NCBI RefSeq assembly: GCF_020103725.1
Contig: NZ_JAHXBG010000030.1
Span: 36,337 to 100,336, forward strand
Length of the DNA stretch: 64,000 bases
Direction of reading: 5' to 3'
Source of the DNA: Hyalangium gracile
Lineage (GTDB): Bacteria; Myxococcota; Myxococcia; Myxococcales; Myxococcaceae
The notes under the pieces are model-generated. The model was not told the origin of the DNA, did not search any database, and was given only the letters and a program-made list of their open reading frames with translations. Shown here piece by piece: positions 49,341 through 60,251 of this stretch; within the stretch, counting starts at the first letter, position 1, and every line of letters begins with the position of its first letter. Made by a program: the position numbers and the translations under genes.

Positions 49341-49793
49341 ATGAATGAAGAGCTGATCCTGAAGGTGCTGAACGTGCCGGTGCTGCTGGGGTGGCTGGCG
49401 ATGGTGCTGTTTCCGCGTTCTCGGGTGACGCGGTGGGTGCTGGAGAGCGACGCGCTGCCGCTGGGCATCGGCGTGCTCTACCTGGTGCTGGTGGCGCCCC
49501 ACCTGCCGGGCCTGCTGCGTGAGTTCGACACGCTGGAGCACATCGGGGCGGCGCTGCAGCGTCCCGGCATGCTGCTGGCCGGGTGGATCCACTACCTGGC
49601 GTTCGACTTCATGGTGGGCCGGGTGGTGCTCGCGGATGCGCAGCGCCGGGGCATCCCGCACCTGCTCATCGTGCCGTGCCTGCTGCTGACCTTCATGCTC
49701 GGGCCGGTGGGCTACCTGGCCTACGCGCTCGTCCGGCTGGTGTCTCGACGCTTCCGGCCCGCCGTCGCGCCGCTGCCCGAGCCCGCTCACTGA
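49341..49793 (+). CDS. DUF4281/ABA4-like membrane protein
   Basis: Four-TM small protein with MNEELILKVLNVPVLLGWL... resembling ABA4-like proteins. Confidence 0.5.
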   Translation: MNEELILKVLNVPVLLGWLAMVLFPRSRVTRWVLESDALPLGIGVLYLVLVAPHLPGLLREFDTLEHIGAALQRPGMLLAGWIHYLAFDFMVGRVVLADAQRRGIPHLLIVPCLLLTFMLGPVGYLAYALVRLVSRRFRPAVAPLPEPAH

Positions 49794-49820
49794 TTCCAGC
49801 TCGCTTCCCGGAGAACCGTC

Positions 49821-50834
49821 ATGTCCAAGAACGCTTCCGATTCCTCCCTGGGTCGCCTCTGGCGCAAGGCCTGGGCGCTCTCACCCGCGCTCGCCGTGGG
49901 CACGGTGGTGATGGTGCTCGGCGCCGTGTTCACCACGCTCGGCCTGCTGATCGACTCGCGCCAGTTGCTGGGCGAGCCCCTCTGGCTCAAGCCGACGAAG
50001 TTCTACGTCTCGCTGGCCATCTACAACGTCACCGTCCTGTACCTGCTCAGCTTCCTGTCCGAGCGCCGCCGGTTCGTGCGCGTCGTGGGAGCCATCCTGT
50101 CCGCGTGCGGCGTGCTGGAGATGGTCGCCATCACGCTCCAGGCGGCGCGGGGCGTGCGCAGCCACTTCAACGTCGCCACGCCGTTCGACGGCTTCATCTT
50201 CTCGTCCATGGGCATCACCATCACGGTCCTGTGGGTGACGATGATGGTGCTCGGGGTCGCGCTGCTGAGGGCGAAGCTCTCGGATCGCCCGCTGGGCTCG
50301 GCGCTGCGCATGGGCCTGCTGGTGGGGGTGGTGGGCGCCGGGCTGGGGTTCTTCATGACGACGCCGCGTCCCGCGCAGATCGAGAACATGAAGACAGGGC
50401 AGCAGCCGATGGAGGCGGGCTCGCACACCATCGGTGGCCAGGATGGAGGCCCGGGGCTGCCGGTCGTGGGCTGGAGCACCACCGCGGGTGACATGCGGCC
50501 TGCGCACTTCCTCGGGCTGCACGGCATGCAGGTGCTGCCGCTGCTCGCGGTGCTGCTCGGGCGTCGGCGGAAGCACTCCGAGGGGCTTCGGCTGGCGCTG
50601 GTCCGCGCCTCGGGCGTGGTCTACCTCGGCCTGACGCTGGCGACCGCGCTCCAGGCCCTGCGCGGCCAGCCCATCATCCACTGGGACGCGATCGGTGCGG
50701 CGAGCCTGTCGCTGGTGGTCCTGGCCAGCCTCGCCACGTTCGCGGTCAGCCTCGCACGAACGCGGAGCCAGCCAGCGCGGGGGATGGAGCCGATGGGGCC
50801 GCAGAGCACTCCTTCGGCCCTCACGGGCGGGTGA
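49821..50834 (+). CDS. hypothetical polytopic membrane protein
   Basis: Multiple hydrophobic helices; no recognisable domain. Confidence 0.55.
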   Translation: MSKNASDSSLGRLWRKAWALSPALAVGTVVMVLGAVFTTLGLLIDSRQLLGEPLWLKPTKFYVSLAIYNVTVLYLLSFLSERRRFVRVVGAILSACGVLEMVAITLQAARGVRSHFNVATPFDGFIFSSMGITITVLWVTMMVLGVALLRAKLSDRPLGSALRMGLLVGVVGAGLGFFMTTPRPAQIENMKTGQQPMEAGSHTIGGQDGGPGLPVVGWSTTAGDMRPAHFLGLHGMQVLPLLAVLLGRRRKHSEGLRLALVRASGVVYLGLTLATALQALRGQPIIHWDAIGAASLSLVVLASLATFAVSLARTRSQPARGMEPMGPQSTPSALTGG

Positions 50835-50874
50835 TGCGCGGGGGCCGCGGTGCGACGAAGCGTGAGGGGCGGAC

Positions 50875-51960
50875 TCAGGCGCCCTCGAACTCGATCTTCG
50901 CGCGCTTCATGACGTAGTCCACCGCCATGAGGTGCATGGCCACCTGCTCGAGGCGGGCGCGGGCCTGGGCGTCGGCCTTGAACGCGGCGGCCACGTCGGC
51001 GGGAGCCAGGCCCTGGGACTCGGCCTCGTCGCGCAGCACCTTGTCCACGAACTCGGGGGTGAGCTTCAGGCCGTCGCGCTTGACGATGGCGCCGAGCGCC
51101 AGGCCGATGCGCAGCCGCAGCTCCACCTCCGCGCGCATCTCCTCGTCCTGGAGCCAGCTGTTGAGCGACTCCTCCTGCTCCTCGTCGGTGAAGTTCAGCT
51201 CGGCCACCGAGGCGCCCTCGGTGGCGCCCCAGCGACGGCGGATCTCCTCGTCGATGAGCTCGGGGGGAACGTCCACCTCGGTGCGCCGGGCCACCTCGCC
51301 GAGCACCATCTGGCGGGCCTGGAGCAGCAGCAGCTGGGCGTGCTCGTCGGCCATCTGCTGGACGACGCTCTGGGTGGCCTCTTCGATCGTCTTGCCGCGA
51401 CCGAAAGCCTCGAGGAACTCGGGGCTCTCCAGGTCCGGGTACTTCACCTCGCGCGCCGCCTGGATGTGCACCAGGAAGCGCGCGGGGGCGCCGCGCAGCG
51501 ACTCCACGGGGTAGTCGTCCGGCAGGGTGATGTCCACGACGATGCCCTCGGTGGGGACCTGGCCCGCAATGGCCTCGTAGAGCCCGGGCAGCAGGGGCTC
51601 GGGCTCCAGCGGCATCCACACGTCCGTCTTCACGCTGAACGGAATGAGCTTGCCGTTGGAGTAGCCCGCAAGGTTGAGCAGCACCTCATCCCCCCAAGCG
51701 ATCTGCTCGGTGGGGAGACGTGCACGCTCGGTGGCGAAGGGGCGCGCCAGCTCCAGGAAGCGCTCCTGCACCTCCTCCGCGGTGAAGCCCTCCGGGGCGG
51801 GGACCTTGATCTCCAGTCCCTCCAACGAAGGGGCGTTCACGACCTCCGGCAGCTGCACCTCCTTGCCCTGAGCCGCCTGCTTGGCGGGGGGGACGTACAG
51901 GGGAACTTCGAGGGGCTTCTTGCCGGAGGGTGTGGTGGGCGGGCTCTTCTTGGAATCCAT
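50875..51960 (-). CDS. hypothetical protein, weak trigger-factor C-terminal-domain-like
   Basis: Acidic 361 aa ORF. The resemblance to the trigger-factor C-domain is weak, and there is no ribosome-binding GFRxGxxP motif. Confidence 0.4.
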   Translation of the reverse strand: MDSKKSPPTTPSGKKPLEVPLYVPPAKQAAQGKEVQLPEVVNAPSLEGLEIKVPAPEGFTAEEVQERFLELARPFATERARLPTEQIAWGDEVLLNLAGYSNGKLIPFSVKTDVWMPLEPEPLLPGLYEAIAGQVPTEGIVVDITLPDDYPVESLRGAPARFLVHIQAAREVKYPDLESPEFLEAFGRGKTIEEATQSVVQQMADEHAQLLLLQARQMVLGEVARRTEVDVPPELIDEEIRRRWGATEGASVAELNFTDEEQEESLNSWLQDEEMRAEVELRLRIGLALGAIVKRDGLKLTPEFVDKVLRDEAESQGLAPADVAAAFKADAQARARLEQVAMHLMAVDYVMKRAKIEFEGA

Positions 51961-51986
51961 TCAGTGCGCTCCCTGGCGCCGAGAGA

Positions 51987-53198
51987 CTACCAGCCGCTGA
52001 AGATCTTCTTCGCGCCGTCGGCGATGGCCGATCCTACCTTCTTCGCGCCGTCGGCGATGGCCGAACCGACCTTCTTGGCGCCTTCCTTGATGGCGTCGAA
52101 GTTCTCGATGGCGGCGCCCACGGCGGTGGAGGCGATGGAGACGGCCGCGCCCACCTGGGACACGATGGGGATGTTGGTGGCGGCGGCCACCGAGCCCAGG
52201 GCGGTGATGCCCGACGTCACCTTGGAGGCGATGCTCGCCTTGGGGTCGGTGATCGTCTTGATGGCGATGCCGACGTCCAGGGCGGCGATGCCCACGTTGA
52301 GGCCGGGGGCGAAGCGGCCGGCCAGCTTGGCGGCGGTGCCCGCGCCCTTGGCGGCGGCGCCGGCGGCCTTGGTGGCCGTCTCCGCCGTCTTGAGCGCGGT
52401 GGCCACGCCCTTGGCGTTGCCGCCGAGCGCCAGCGCGCCGGTCTTGATGATGTTGGAGTTGAGCTTGCCGGCCAGCTTGGCGGCGGTGCTCCCGGGCAGC
52501 TTGCCCAGCAGGCCCGCGGCGCCGGACTTGAGCGTGGTGCCCAGCTTGCCGAGGAAGCCCGTGGACTTGGCGGCGTGGCCGAGCACGTCCAGCTTGGTCA
52601 GGTCCTTGCCCAGGTGCACGGCCTCGGCGGCGGACTTGGCGATCGTCTTGGTGAGCTTGGAGCCATCGCCGACGGCCGCCAGGGCGGCCTTCTCGAGGCC
52701 CTTGAGGGCCAGCTTGGACTCGATGGCGGCGGCGGTGGCCAGGCCACCCTTGACGGTGCCGAGCACGCCCTTGGTGGCGGCCAGGGCGCCGCCGGCGATC
52801 TGGTGGCCGTCACCGTTCTTGATGCCCTCGGCGAAGTTCTTCACGCCGTTGTAGATGCCGAAGACGCCGCCGGCCACGCCGCCAGCGCTCTTGAGGACGC
52901 CGAGCTTGCCCACGCCCGAGGCGACCGCCTCCTTGGTGGCGTTGGCGACGGCGCCCGCGTGCCAGTTCTTCGCGGCGTCCTTCAGCTTGCTGAAGAAGCT
53001 GCCCGCGCTGGAGGCGATGGAGGAGCGGGCGCCAGCGGCCCGGGTGTCCATGCCGTCGCGCACCTGCTGGGGCCGGACCTGGTTGGCCGGAGCGGAGTTG
53101 GTGCGCTGCACCTGGGGCCGAGGCTCGGTGCGCTGAACGGGAGCGGTGTTGGCGCGGGTGAGCGGACGAGGACGGTTGCTGTCGATGGGCGAGGACAT
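51987..53198 (-). CDS. Ala/Gly/Lys-rich low-complexity repeat protein
   Basis: 403 aa with K-x-x-G/A repeats and a C-terminal exact 11-aa tandem repeat (GAKKVGSAIAD, two copies). Confidence 0.55.
   Translation of the reverse strand: MSSPIDSNRPRPLTRANTAPVQRTEPRPQVQRTNSAPANQVRPQQVRDGMDTRAAGARSSIASSAGSFFSKLKDAAKNWHAGAVANATKEAVASGVGKLGVLKSAGGVAGGVFGIYNGVKNFAEGIKNGDGHQIAGGALAATKGVLGTVKGGLATAAAIESKLALKGLEKAALAAVGDGSKLTKTIAKSAAEAVHLGKDLTKLDVLGHAAKSTGFLGKLGTTLKSGAAGLLGKLPGSTAAKLAGKLNSNIIKTGALALGGNAKGVATALKTAETATKAAGAAAKGAGTAAKLAGRFAPGLNVGIAALDVGIAIKTITDPKASIASKVTSGITALGSVAAATNIPIVSQVGAAVSIASTAVGAAIENFDAIKEGAKKVGSAIADGAKKVGSAIADGAKKIFSGW
52003..52068. repeat. 33-bp near-perfect tandem duplication inside the 51987..53198 CDS
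   Basis: cttcttcgcgccgtcggcgatggccgatcctac followed by cttcttcgcgccgtcggcgatggccgaaccgac. Confidence 0.6.
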
Positions 53199-53390
53199 GG
53201 GAGCCTCCTGGGCGGCCGGGGGGCCGAGGCGCGAAGCGGGTGGAGATTCTTACAACGATGTCGGTCCGGCAAAACAGGCCTTGCCGGAAATTGTGAGGGC
53301 TGATGGAGTTATCGCGCGCACACGGCGGGAAGTTTCCTCCTGACTTTTCGGGAGGGGGGAGAGCGCTCGGAGCCCTCTCCCGCCGCCGGG

Positions 53391-54947
53391 GTGGGAGGCG
53401 GCATGGAGCGTCTGGAAGAAGCCCTGGAGGCCTGGAGGCAGGCGATTGGCGCCGAGCACGTGCGGGTGGACGCGGGGACGCTGGCGGAGGTGGAGCGGGC
53501 GACGTTCGCCACCACCCAGCGGGTGCCGGCGGTGCTTCGGCCCGGGAGCCGGGAAGAGGTGCAGGCATGTATGCGCATCGCCCACACGATGCGAGTGCCC
53601 GTCTTTCCAGTAAGTGGGGGGCGCAACTACGGGTATGGCTCGAGGGTGCCGGCGCGGACGGGGAGCGTGGTGCTGGAACTGGGGCGGATGAACCGGGTGC
53701 TCGACTGGGACGAGGACCTGGCCTACCTGACGGTGGAGCCGGGGGTGACGTTCGCGCAGGCGCACGCGTTCCTGGAGGAGCGCGAGTCGTGGCTGCAGCT
53801 GGCGACGATTGGCGGGCCGCCGCAGGCGAGCCTGATCGGCAACGCGCTGGAGCGGGGTGACGGGGGCGGGCCGCACGGGGACATCTTCCAGTTCGTCTGT
53901 GACTTGGAGGTGGTGCTGCCGACGGGGGAGTTGCTGCGGACGGGGCTGGGGCGCTACCCGGAGGCGTACGCGGCGCCGGTGCTGCGCTGGGGGCCTGGGC
54001 CGGGGCTGGACGGGCTGTTCAGCCAGTCGAACCTGGGGGTGGTGACGCGGATGACGTTCTGGCTGGCGCCGCGGGCGACGAGCGTGCGGATCGTCTCGGG
54101 AGCGCTGGAGGACGCGTCGCAGCTGGGAGAGGTGGTGGATCGGCTGCGGCTGTTGCGGCTGGAGGGGACGCTGCGCGAGGCGTACTCGCTGTGGAACGAC
54201 TTCAAGATGTTCTCGGTGCTGGGGCAGTACCCGTGGGAGGCGACGGAGGGACGGACGCCGCTGCCGGAGACGCTGCGCCAGAGGCTGCGAGAGGAGCAGG
54301 GGCTGGGGTCGTGGCACCTGAGCTTCCTGCTGCAGGCGCCGAGCGAGGAGCAGGTACAGGCGGCGTGGGGCAGGGCGGAGGCGGTGCTCAAGGGAGTGTT
54401 GCCGACGCTGACGTGCTACCGGGAGGAAGAGGTGGAGCAGGACGCGCTGCGGAGGGTGCCCTCGGCGCGCAACCTGCGGATGATGTACTGGCGGCAGCGC
54501 ACGCCGATGCCAGCGGATCCGGATCCGGACCGAGATGGCTGCGGGTTCGTGTGGCTGTCGTGCGCGGTGCCGATGAAGGGAGGGCACGTGGAGCGGGCGC
54601 TGGCGATCGCCGAGCCGCTGCCGCTCGAGTACGGCTTCGAGCCCAACCTGTGCGTGCTGGGGGTCGTTCCGCGGTGCGCGTACCTGGTGGTGGCCCTGGC
54701 GTACGACCGGAAGGTGGAGGGCGAGGATGCGCGAGCCCTGGCCTGCTACGAGGCGCTCCAGAAGGCGATGAACGAGGCGGGCTACTACCCGGCACGCCTG
54801 GGCATCCAGGCGCCGGTGCTCATGGCCACTGCGGAAGACGACTCATCGCGGGTGCTGGGAGCGCTCAAGGCAGCGCTGGATCCGCACGGCATCCTGGCGC
54901 CAGGGCGCTACCTGCCGGCCATTGATGACGAAGGTCTTGTTCGATGA
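53391..54947 (+). CDS. FAD-binding (PCMH-type / FAD_binding_4) oxidoreductase
   Basis: FAD-binding domain (PAVLRPGSREEVQACMRIAHTMRVPVFPVSGGRNYGYG). An alternative ATG exists at 53403. Confidence 0.8.
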   Translation: MGGGMERLEEALEAWRQAIGAEHVRVDAGTLAEVERATFATTQRVPAVLRPGSREEVQACMRIAHTMRVPVFPVSGGRNYGYGSRVPARTGSVVLELGRMNRVLDWDEDLAYLTVEPGVTFAQAHAFLEERESWLQLATIGGPPQASLIGNALERGDGGGPHGDIFQFVCDLEVVLPTGELLRTGLGRYPEAYAAPVLRWGPGPGLDGLFSQSNLGVVTRMTFWLAPRATSVRIVSGALEDASQLGEVVDRLRLLRLEGTLREAYSLWNDFKMFSVLGQYPWEATEGRTPLPETLRQRLREEQGLGSWHLSFLLQAPSEEQVQAAWGRAEAVLKGVLPTLTCYREEEVEQDALRRVPSARNLRMMYWRQRTPMPADPDPDRDGCGFVWLSCAVPMKGGHVERALAIAEPLPLEYGFEPNLCVLGVVPRCAYLVVALAYDRKVEGEDARALACYEALQKAMNEAGYYPARLGIQAPVLMATAEDDSSRVLGALKAALDPHGILAPGRYLPAIDDEGLVR

Positions 54948-55109
54948 CGACAAACTGGATGCGGTGCGCACGGACCCTTCAGATTCCAGGGTAAGAAGGA
55001 TCAACTGCGCCGGATCATCGGCCGGTAGAACACTCCTCGCTTGACGCCACTCAGCCCATCCTGGATTGCAAAGCCCCAGGCAGGTCGAATGCTTTTCGTG
55101 CGCTCCGTC

Positions 55110-58100
55110 CTATGCATGAGGAGATGGCCACGGCGCCACCTGCTGGATGCGCTCGGTGACTTCCTGCCGAACACGAGCGTAGTCCTCGATGAGCTTTGCC
55201 ACCGTCGGGCTTTGCCGCGTCTCATTATCCTTCTTGAGCTTCTCTTCCCTGATTGCGAGCCAGTTTTGGGCCTCCCGAGCCTGCTCCAACAAGGCCTTGG
55301 CCGGGTCCTCCACGCTCGTGAGCGAGGGCTGTCCTCCGGCAACGCCTGATTCGGCGGCCTTCCGCAGAGCGAGCCCCGCCTGGAGCGTGCACTGAACCAA
55401 ATCCCCCAAGTACGAGGGCTGGACGTTGCCGTCGAACATGCGGATGGCCTCCCACATTCGCTCGATACCTACCATCGGCTCGTTCTTCCGCGCTAGGATC
55501 TTGCCCCACTCGAACCGGGACGAGGGCCGCCGTTCCGCCGCTTTCTTGAAGTAATCGGCTGCTTGGTCGTGGTCCGTTGGCTCTCGAGAGGCGAAGTAGA
55601 AGCCGTACTCCTCGTTCACCAGCGGGTCATCCGGGTTGATTTGGGAGGCACGTTTGAGCGCGCGCTCGGCGTACTCCTCCCAGCGTGGCCAGTTCGCTTG
55701 GCGGTACACTCGCGCCAAGCAGGTGTGCGCTGCGATGAGGTCGGGCAGGTAGGTGAGCGCGCGTTGCATGAGCGCCTCGCTATCTTTTCGGACCACCCGC
55801 TGGAGCGCTTCCCGGCTTCGCGAGTCCAGCTTTTCCGGGGAAAGGCTCGGCAACTCGTTCTCCAACTTGGAACGTGCCTCTTGCAACTGCTCGGAAGAGA
55901 ACTCCATCAACTCGGCCTGATCCAGACGTCGCCGGCCCATGACATAGAGTGCGTAGCCGCGCACTGGAGCGAACTCCTTCTCGGTGACGCCCTTCGGAGG
56001 AGTGCTCTTCTCGAAGAAGGCCTCCAACTCCCGGATCTGTGCATCCAAATCGGCGGATTCCTCGGCGGTGAGTTGGTGCCGCGTGGACTTCCCCGTTCGC
56101 ATCTTCCCGCAGACCTCCAAGAGGCAGGCTTTTGCGTCCAGCGCGAGCCTTCCCTCGTGCGCTGCTAGCTCCTTGAAGACCTTGTGTGCGCCCCTGAGCG
56201 CGGCGAGCCATCGTCCCTGAGCTTGGAGCAGTGCGGAGTGATACTTCTTCTCGTCCGAGAGCTGCCCTTCGGGCAGCTCTTCCAGCAGTGCGCGGGCGAC
56301 CTCGGGCTCGCGCAGCTTCCGCATGACGATCGCCAGCTTCAGCTTGGCGTGCGCCATCCGCGGATCATGGGCCAGGGCCGCCTGCAAAAGGTCTCGGGCC
56401 TTCTTGAGAGCTTGCGCCCGGTCATCTTGCGGCAGGACACCATCCATCACGAGTAGCGCCTGATAGTACGCGGCGAAGGCATCGGGACTCTTCGTCATCT
56501 GCTTGTCTGCCGGGAACTTTTGGTGCGCGAGCTTGAGTGCAAGCTGCCGGAAGGCGTCGTTGGTGGCGGCAGCAGTGATCCCTGTGGCTATCGCGGTCCA
56601 GCGGCCGATTTCCTTCCCGGTCGCGTTGTCGAACTTCCGGATGAACACCCGGATGTTCCCGCCTTCCACGGAGACGACCCCCGTCAGTTGATAGCGCCGC
56701 TGCTTAAAAGCAAGCTGCGCGAGGATGTTCCAAAGCGCTTTGGCTGGGACCGACAGCGGCCCGACAGTTACCTTCTGCTCATCGCCCAGGTACTGCGCGA
56801 AGTCCTTGAGGCTCTCATAAGCGGTGGAGTCCCACTGGGGCAGCGCCTCGCCGAGGTTCGCCTCGTGTCCGGTTACCGGCACCGTGGGCTGGAGGGCAAC
56901 TTCCTGGAAGCAGACTTTGAGCCTCGCCATCTGCAGCTCACTCGCACCGGGCCTCGCCTCGTCGCTCAGGTCGTAGATCACCAGCTCAGAGTCTTCCCGC
57001 CGTTTCAGGAAGAGGCGCTGGATCCACGCCTTGCACTGCAGCAGCAGGGATACCAGCAGAAGAAGGACGATGACCCCGAGCAACACGAGCACTGGGGTCT
57101 TAAAGGGAGCCACAACCTCCTTGAGCCAGTGCCAGAGCGATAGGATGAGATGATCCTGCTCCTCGATCATTGCCCTGCCGCTTGCAATCTCCTCGATGAG
57201 GGTTGGTACGCCCTGCGCGAGAGGCTCCATCTCGGCATAGAGCTTCTTGGCCTCCTCAAAATTTCGGGAGTCGACGGCAGCTTTCACCTTCGCGCGGAGT
57301 GCGTTGTAGTCCGTGCTCCATTTCTCCAGGTGGTAGACGTAGGCGATCAGCTCTGGAAAGTCCTTGAGCTTGCTGGAACCCCTCAGTGTGGTCAGCATCT
57401 CTGCGATGCTTTGATGCGCGCCGTAGGCAAGCTTGATCAGGTTCTCCTGCCGCCGGATCTCAGCGAGCGCATCCTGGTACCGGCCTAGGATGAGCCGGGC
57501 GGGAGCGTTGCCGGGGGTGGGCATGGTGGCCGTCAGGGTCTTCTGGAGCAACTCGGACGCTCCGTCCACCGGCTTGCCGTCCTTACCAGTATCCGTCCAC
57601 ATTCGGCCGGCGGCTGCGGCCGCGCGGACCTCCGAGAACCCTTTCAACCAAGCATCAGTCATGCCAGCTGCATAGGTCGCACGAGCCGTGTTGTAGGCTG
57701 CGGCCGCGAATTCGATCTCCTCCTTTAGCTTGGGCGTGAGGGCCGTCTGGGCGAGCGGTTGCACTTGGGCTTGCTCGTACAGCAGCATTGCTTGCGCGAG
57801 GTCTCCTCGGCTCAGGGCCTCGCTGGCTGCCTTCCGGAGGGCTTCGAGGTCCGCTTGCCAACGCTGGAGCCGGTAAACGTGGGCGAGGAGTTCCGGCTGG
57901 TTCTCCAGCTTCTTGGAAGCCTTGAGATGGGCCAAGAGTTCCGCAGTTCCAGTTCCATCGGTTGTTGTATAGATGTAGCGGAAGCGCATCTCGCCGCTTC
58001 GCAGTTCCTCAAGCGCCTCCTTATATTGGAGCAGCTCATCGGTTTGTGGCTGGGCACTGCCCACGATATCCAGAGCCCCCCCAGGGACGAACAGCCGGCC

Positions 58101-58208
58101 CTCTGCGGCTGCCACTTTCGCCTGCTGTAGGGGCGTGGCAGACCCCTGGGGCTGAGCGCTGATCGCTAGGAGAGTTAGCACACGGACGAATAGGAGGGAC
58201 GATGCCAT
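55110..58208 (-). CDS. large membrane-anchored TPR-repeat protein
   Basis: Signal peptide (MASSLLFVRVLTLLAISAQ), internal TM helix (VLVLLGVIVLLLLVSLLL), many TPR-like helical repeats. GC lower than the genome backbone. Confidence 0.65.
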   Translation of the reverse strand: MASSLLFVRVLTLLAISAQPQGSATPLQQAKVAAAEGRLFVPGGALDIVGSAQPQTDELLQYKEALEELRSGEMRFRYIYTTTDGTGTAELLAHLKASKKLENQPELLAHVYRLQRWQADLEALRKAASEALSRGDLAQAMLLYEQAQVQPLAQTALTPKLKEEIEFAAAAYNTARATYAAGMTDAWLKGFSEVRAAAAAGRMWTDTGKDGKPVDGASELLQKTLTATMPTPGNAPARLILGRYQDALAEIRRQENLIKLAYGAHQSIAEMLTTLRGSSKLKDFPELIAYVYHLEKWSTDYNALRAKVKAAVDSRNFEEAKKLYAEMEPLAQGVPTLIEEIASGRAMIEEQDHLILSLWHWLKEVVAPFKTPVLVLLGVIVLLLLVSLLLQCKAWIQRLFLKRREDSELVIYDLSDEARPGASELQMARLKVCFQEVALQPTVPVTGHEANLGEALPQWDSTAYESLKDFAQYLGDEQKVTVGPLSVPAKALWNILAQLAFKQRRYQLTGVVSVEGGNIRVFIRKFDNATGKEIGRWTAIATGITAAATNDAFRQLALKLAHQKFPADKQMTKSPDAFAAYYQALLVMDGVLPQDDRAQALKKARDLLQAALAHDPRMAHAKLKLAIVMRKLREPEVARALLEELPEGQLSDEKKYHSALLQAQGRWLAALRGAHKVFKELAAHEGRLALDAKACLLEVCGKMRTGKSTRHQLTAEESADLDAQIRELEAFFEKSTPPKGVTEKEFAPVRGYALYVMGRRRLDQAELMEFSSEQLQEARSKLENELPSLSPEKLDSRSREALQRVVRKDSEALMQRALTYLPDLIAAHTCLARVYRQANWPRWEEYAERALKRASQINPDDPLVNEEYGFYFASREPTDHDQAADYFKKAAERRPSSRFEWGKILARKNEPMVGIERMWEAIRMFDGNVQPSYLGDLVQCTLQAGLALRKAAESGVAGGQPSLTSVEDPAKALLEQAREAQNWLAIREEKLKKDNETRQSPTVAKLIEDYARVRQEVTERIQQVAPWPSPHA

Positions 58209-58301
58209 GCTCTGCTCCACCTTCCGGAAGTGCGGCGCATCATGGGCCCTGGTGCCCTTCCCCGAAAGAGGAGACGAGCAGCTAGGGGCCAGACGATTTC
58301 C

Positions 58302-60251
58302 TCATCCAGCTCCGCCGCCGCTCTTGCTGATAGTGCGAAGGATGGCGTAGCGCCTGGAAACCCATTGCCCTGGTTTCGTGAAGTCAAGCTGCCTGCGTTC
58401 ATCGAGAGTGACCAGCTTCTTGTAGAAGCTAAGATGCGGCGGCTGGCGCAGATAGTCACCGAGCTTTTCGGCGGCCTCATCCTGCGAATTGTAGAACGCC
58501 ACCGTCTTTGTCTTCACCGGCTCCGTGCTCACCAGGATCTCACCGCGCCCTTCATTGAAGTACCGGTTCAGGATGTAGGTATCCACGATGGGCACCTCGT
58601 CGATGATCTGCAGGGACCCGAGCGCCGAGTTCAAGACCACGCAGCACTCAATCGAGACCGCCGCCGGATCCACGTTGCCACCTACCTTGTTCACCTCGTC
58701 GGCGAGCCAGGCTGGGTTTTCGCGGACATACTTCACCTTGCCCTGAAGCTGCTTGACGGCGTCGCGGATGCGCTCCTCATGCAGGAACCATTCATGCGAC
58801 GTGGCCGGCCGCCGGAAGCATTTGATCTCACCCACCAGGATCTTGTTGCCGATCCACACCACTAGGTCGAGGTCGCCCACGGAGGAATCGGGGGGCTGGA
58901 GTTTGTGGGGAACAACCCCGGAGAAGTTCCAGTGCGGCTTGCCCTTTATCTTCTTCGCGAGCGAGGCCCGGACATGGTCTTCGTAGGAGGTGCCGCGTTT
59001 TCCCAAATCCCATCCTCCTTCGCTCATCCAGTACTCGAGCGAACGCCGCAGATTGGGGGATTGGAGCGCGGCAAGCACGATGACCCGGTGCTCGGGACCG
59101 ACACTCACAAGGGGCCTGAACCAAAGGCTGTCACGGACTGTCCGCCACGTGAGCGCATCGATGATAGTGCGGCACCGCTCGTCCGCGAGACCGGTGGCCT
59201 TGGCGAGTGCGGCAACCAGCGCTCGTACTGGGATGAGTGGGGCAAGCTCCTCGAACTGCGCTGGGTGGGTGAGGGGGATTCGGGGCATGCGAGAGGCAAT
59301 GTCCATAGTCAGGGGGACGAGGGCCGCCCAAGCCTCCAGCATCTCGAGGAGCGTCACCCCACCGAGCGACTCCAAGGGCTCTTTCGCGTGTGGGTCGAGA
59401 TCGGGCTCGCTCGCGACCATCCGCCAGAGGTGGATCTGAACCGCCATGTCTTCGGTGGTCTCTCCGACGTGAACCTTTCCGCTCAACTTCCTGAAGCGGA
59501 TGGCCTTTCGGCGCAGGATGGCGTCAAGCACGCGGGGTAACTTGCGAAGTCCCTCGATGCCGTGCTGCATCATTTCCTGTACCAGCATGGTCTCCCGATC
59601 CAAGCCGAGGGCACGCGCACTGGCACGCTCAAGGTCACGAGGAACCAGCTGGGTAGGCTGATCCTCCGGCATCTCCACCGCCAGATCGTGATGAAGACAC
59701 TCCATCCAGTCCTCCTCAAGCCCGTGATAGGCGATCGTGAAATTGAGCCGCAGGAACATCTGGCGCAGCTGTCCCAGCCCGTCGAGCTCGTTAGCGAAGG
59801 TGCGCGGAGTGCTCGCCGTCAAGGCCGCCAGCTCGAAGCGGAGCCCGTCCACGGTTCCCTCCACTGTAGCCTCGGCGGGGGCCACGTTCACATTCCCGGC
59901 GAGAGAAATCCTGCTCTCCACTATATCCCGCTGCGTGATCGTGCCACGAGTCGCGGCAAGGTTTCGTTGGACGGTCTCCGCCACCGTCAGGCATTCACGG
60001 TTGACCAGTCCAACCGCGCGCCGGATGATTTGATCGGGACGGCCTGGGGGCACGGGGGTTGCCTCGAAATACGCGCGTAGCCCCTCAAATTGGGAGTCGA
60101 ACCAGAGTGCTGCCGCGAACAGACGCAGATCTTCCAGACTGGGGGATGGGATGGCACGAAGCGCGGAGAGCCACTGCTCTGGCTCGAAGCCCTTCTGTGA
60201 CGGTCCCTTAAGGTCTCCCTCAAGGACACGGGTGCGAAGCGTCTTTTGCAT
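58302..60251 (-). CDS. hypothetical protein with C-terminal PD-(D/E)xK / NERD-like nuclease motif
   Basis: 650 aa from MQKTLRTRV. The C-terminus has GDLDLVVWIGNKILVGEIKC (D...E-x-K arrangement). GC lower than the backbone. Confidence 0.5.
   Translation of the reverse strand: MQKTLRTRVLEGDLKGPSQKGFEPEQWLSALRAIPSPSLEDLRLFAAALWFDSQFEGLRAYFEATPVPPGRPDQIIRRAVGLVNRECLTVAETVQRNLAATRGTITQRDIVESRISLAGNVNVAPAEATVEGTVDGLRFELAALTASTPRTFANELDGLGQLRQMFLRLNFTIAYHGLEEDWMECLHHDLAVEMPEDQPTQLVPRDLERASARALGLDRETMLVQEMMQHGIEGLRKLPRVLDAILRRKAIRFRKLSGKVHVGETTEDMAVQIHLWRMVASEPDLDPHAKEPLESLGGVTLLEMLEAWAALVPLTMDIASRMPRIPLTHPAQFEELAPLIPVRALVAALAKATGLADERCRTIIDALTWRTVRDSLWFRPLVSVGPEHRVIVLAALQSPNLRRSLEYWMSEGGWDLGKRGTSYEDHVRASLAKKIKGKPHWNFSGVVPHKLQPPDSSVGDLDLVVWIGNKILVGEIKCFRRPATSHEWFLHEERIRDAVKQLQGKVKYVRENPAWLADEVNKVGGNVDPAAVSIECCVVLNSALGSLQIIDEVPIVDTYILNRYFNEGRGEILVSTEPVKTKTVAFYNSQDEAAEKLGDYLRQPPHLSFYKKLVTLDERRQLDFTKPGQWVSRRYAILRTISKSGGGAG

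Noticed and set aside
50932-52854. 640 aa + strand ORF
   Set aside because: Antisense to the trigger-factor-like and Ala/Gly/Lys-rich genes.
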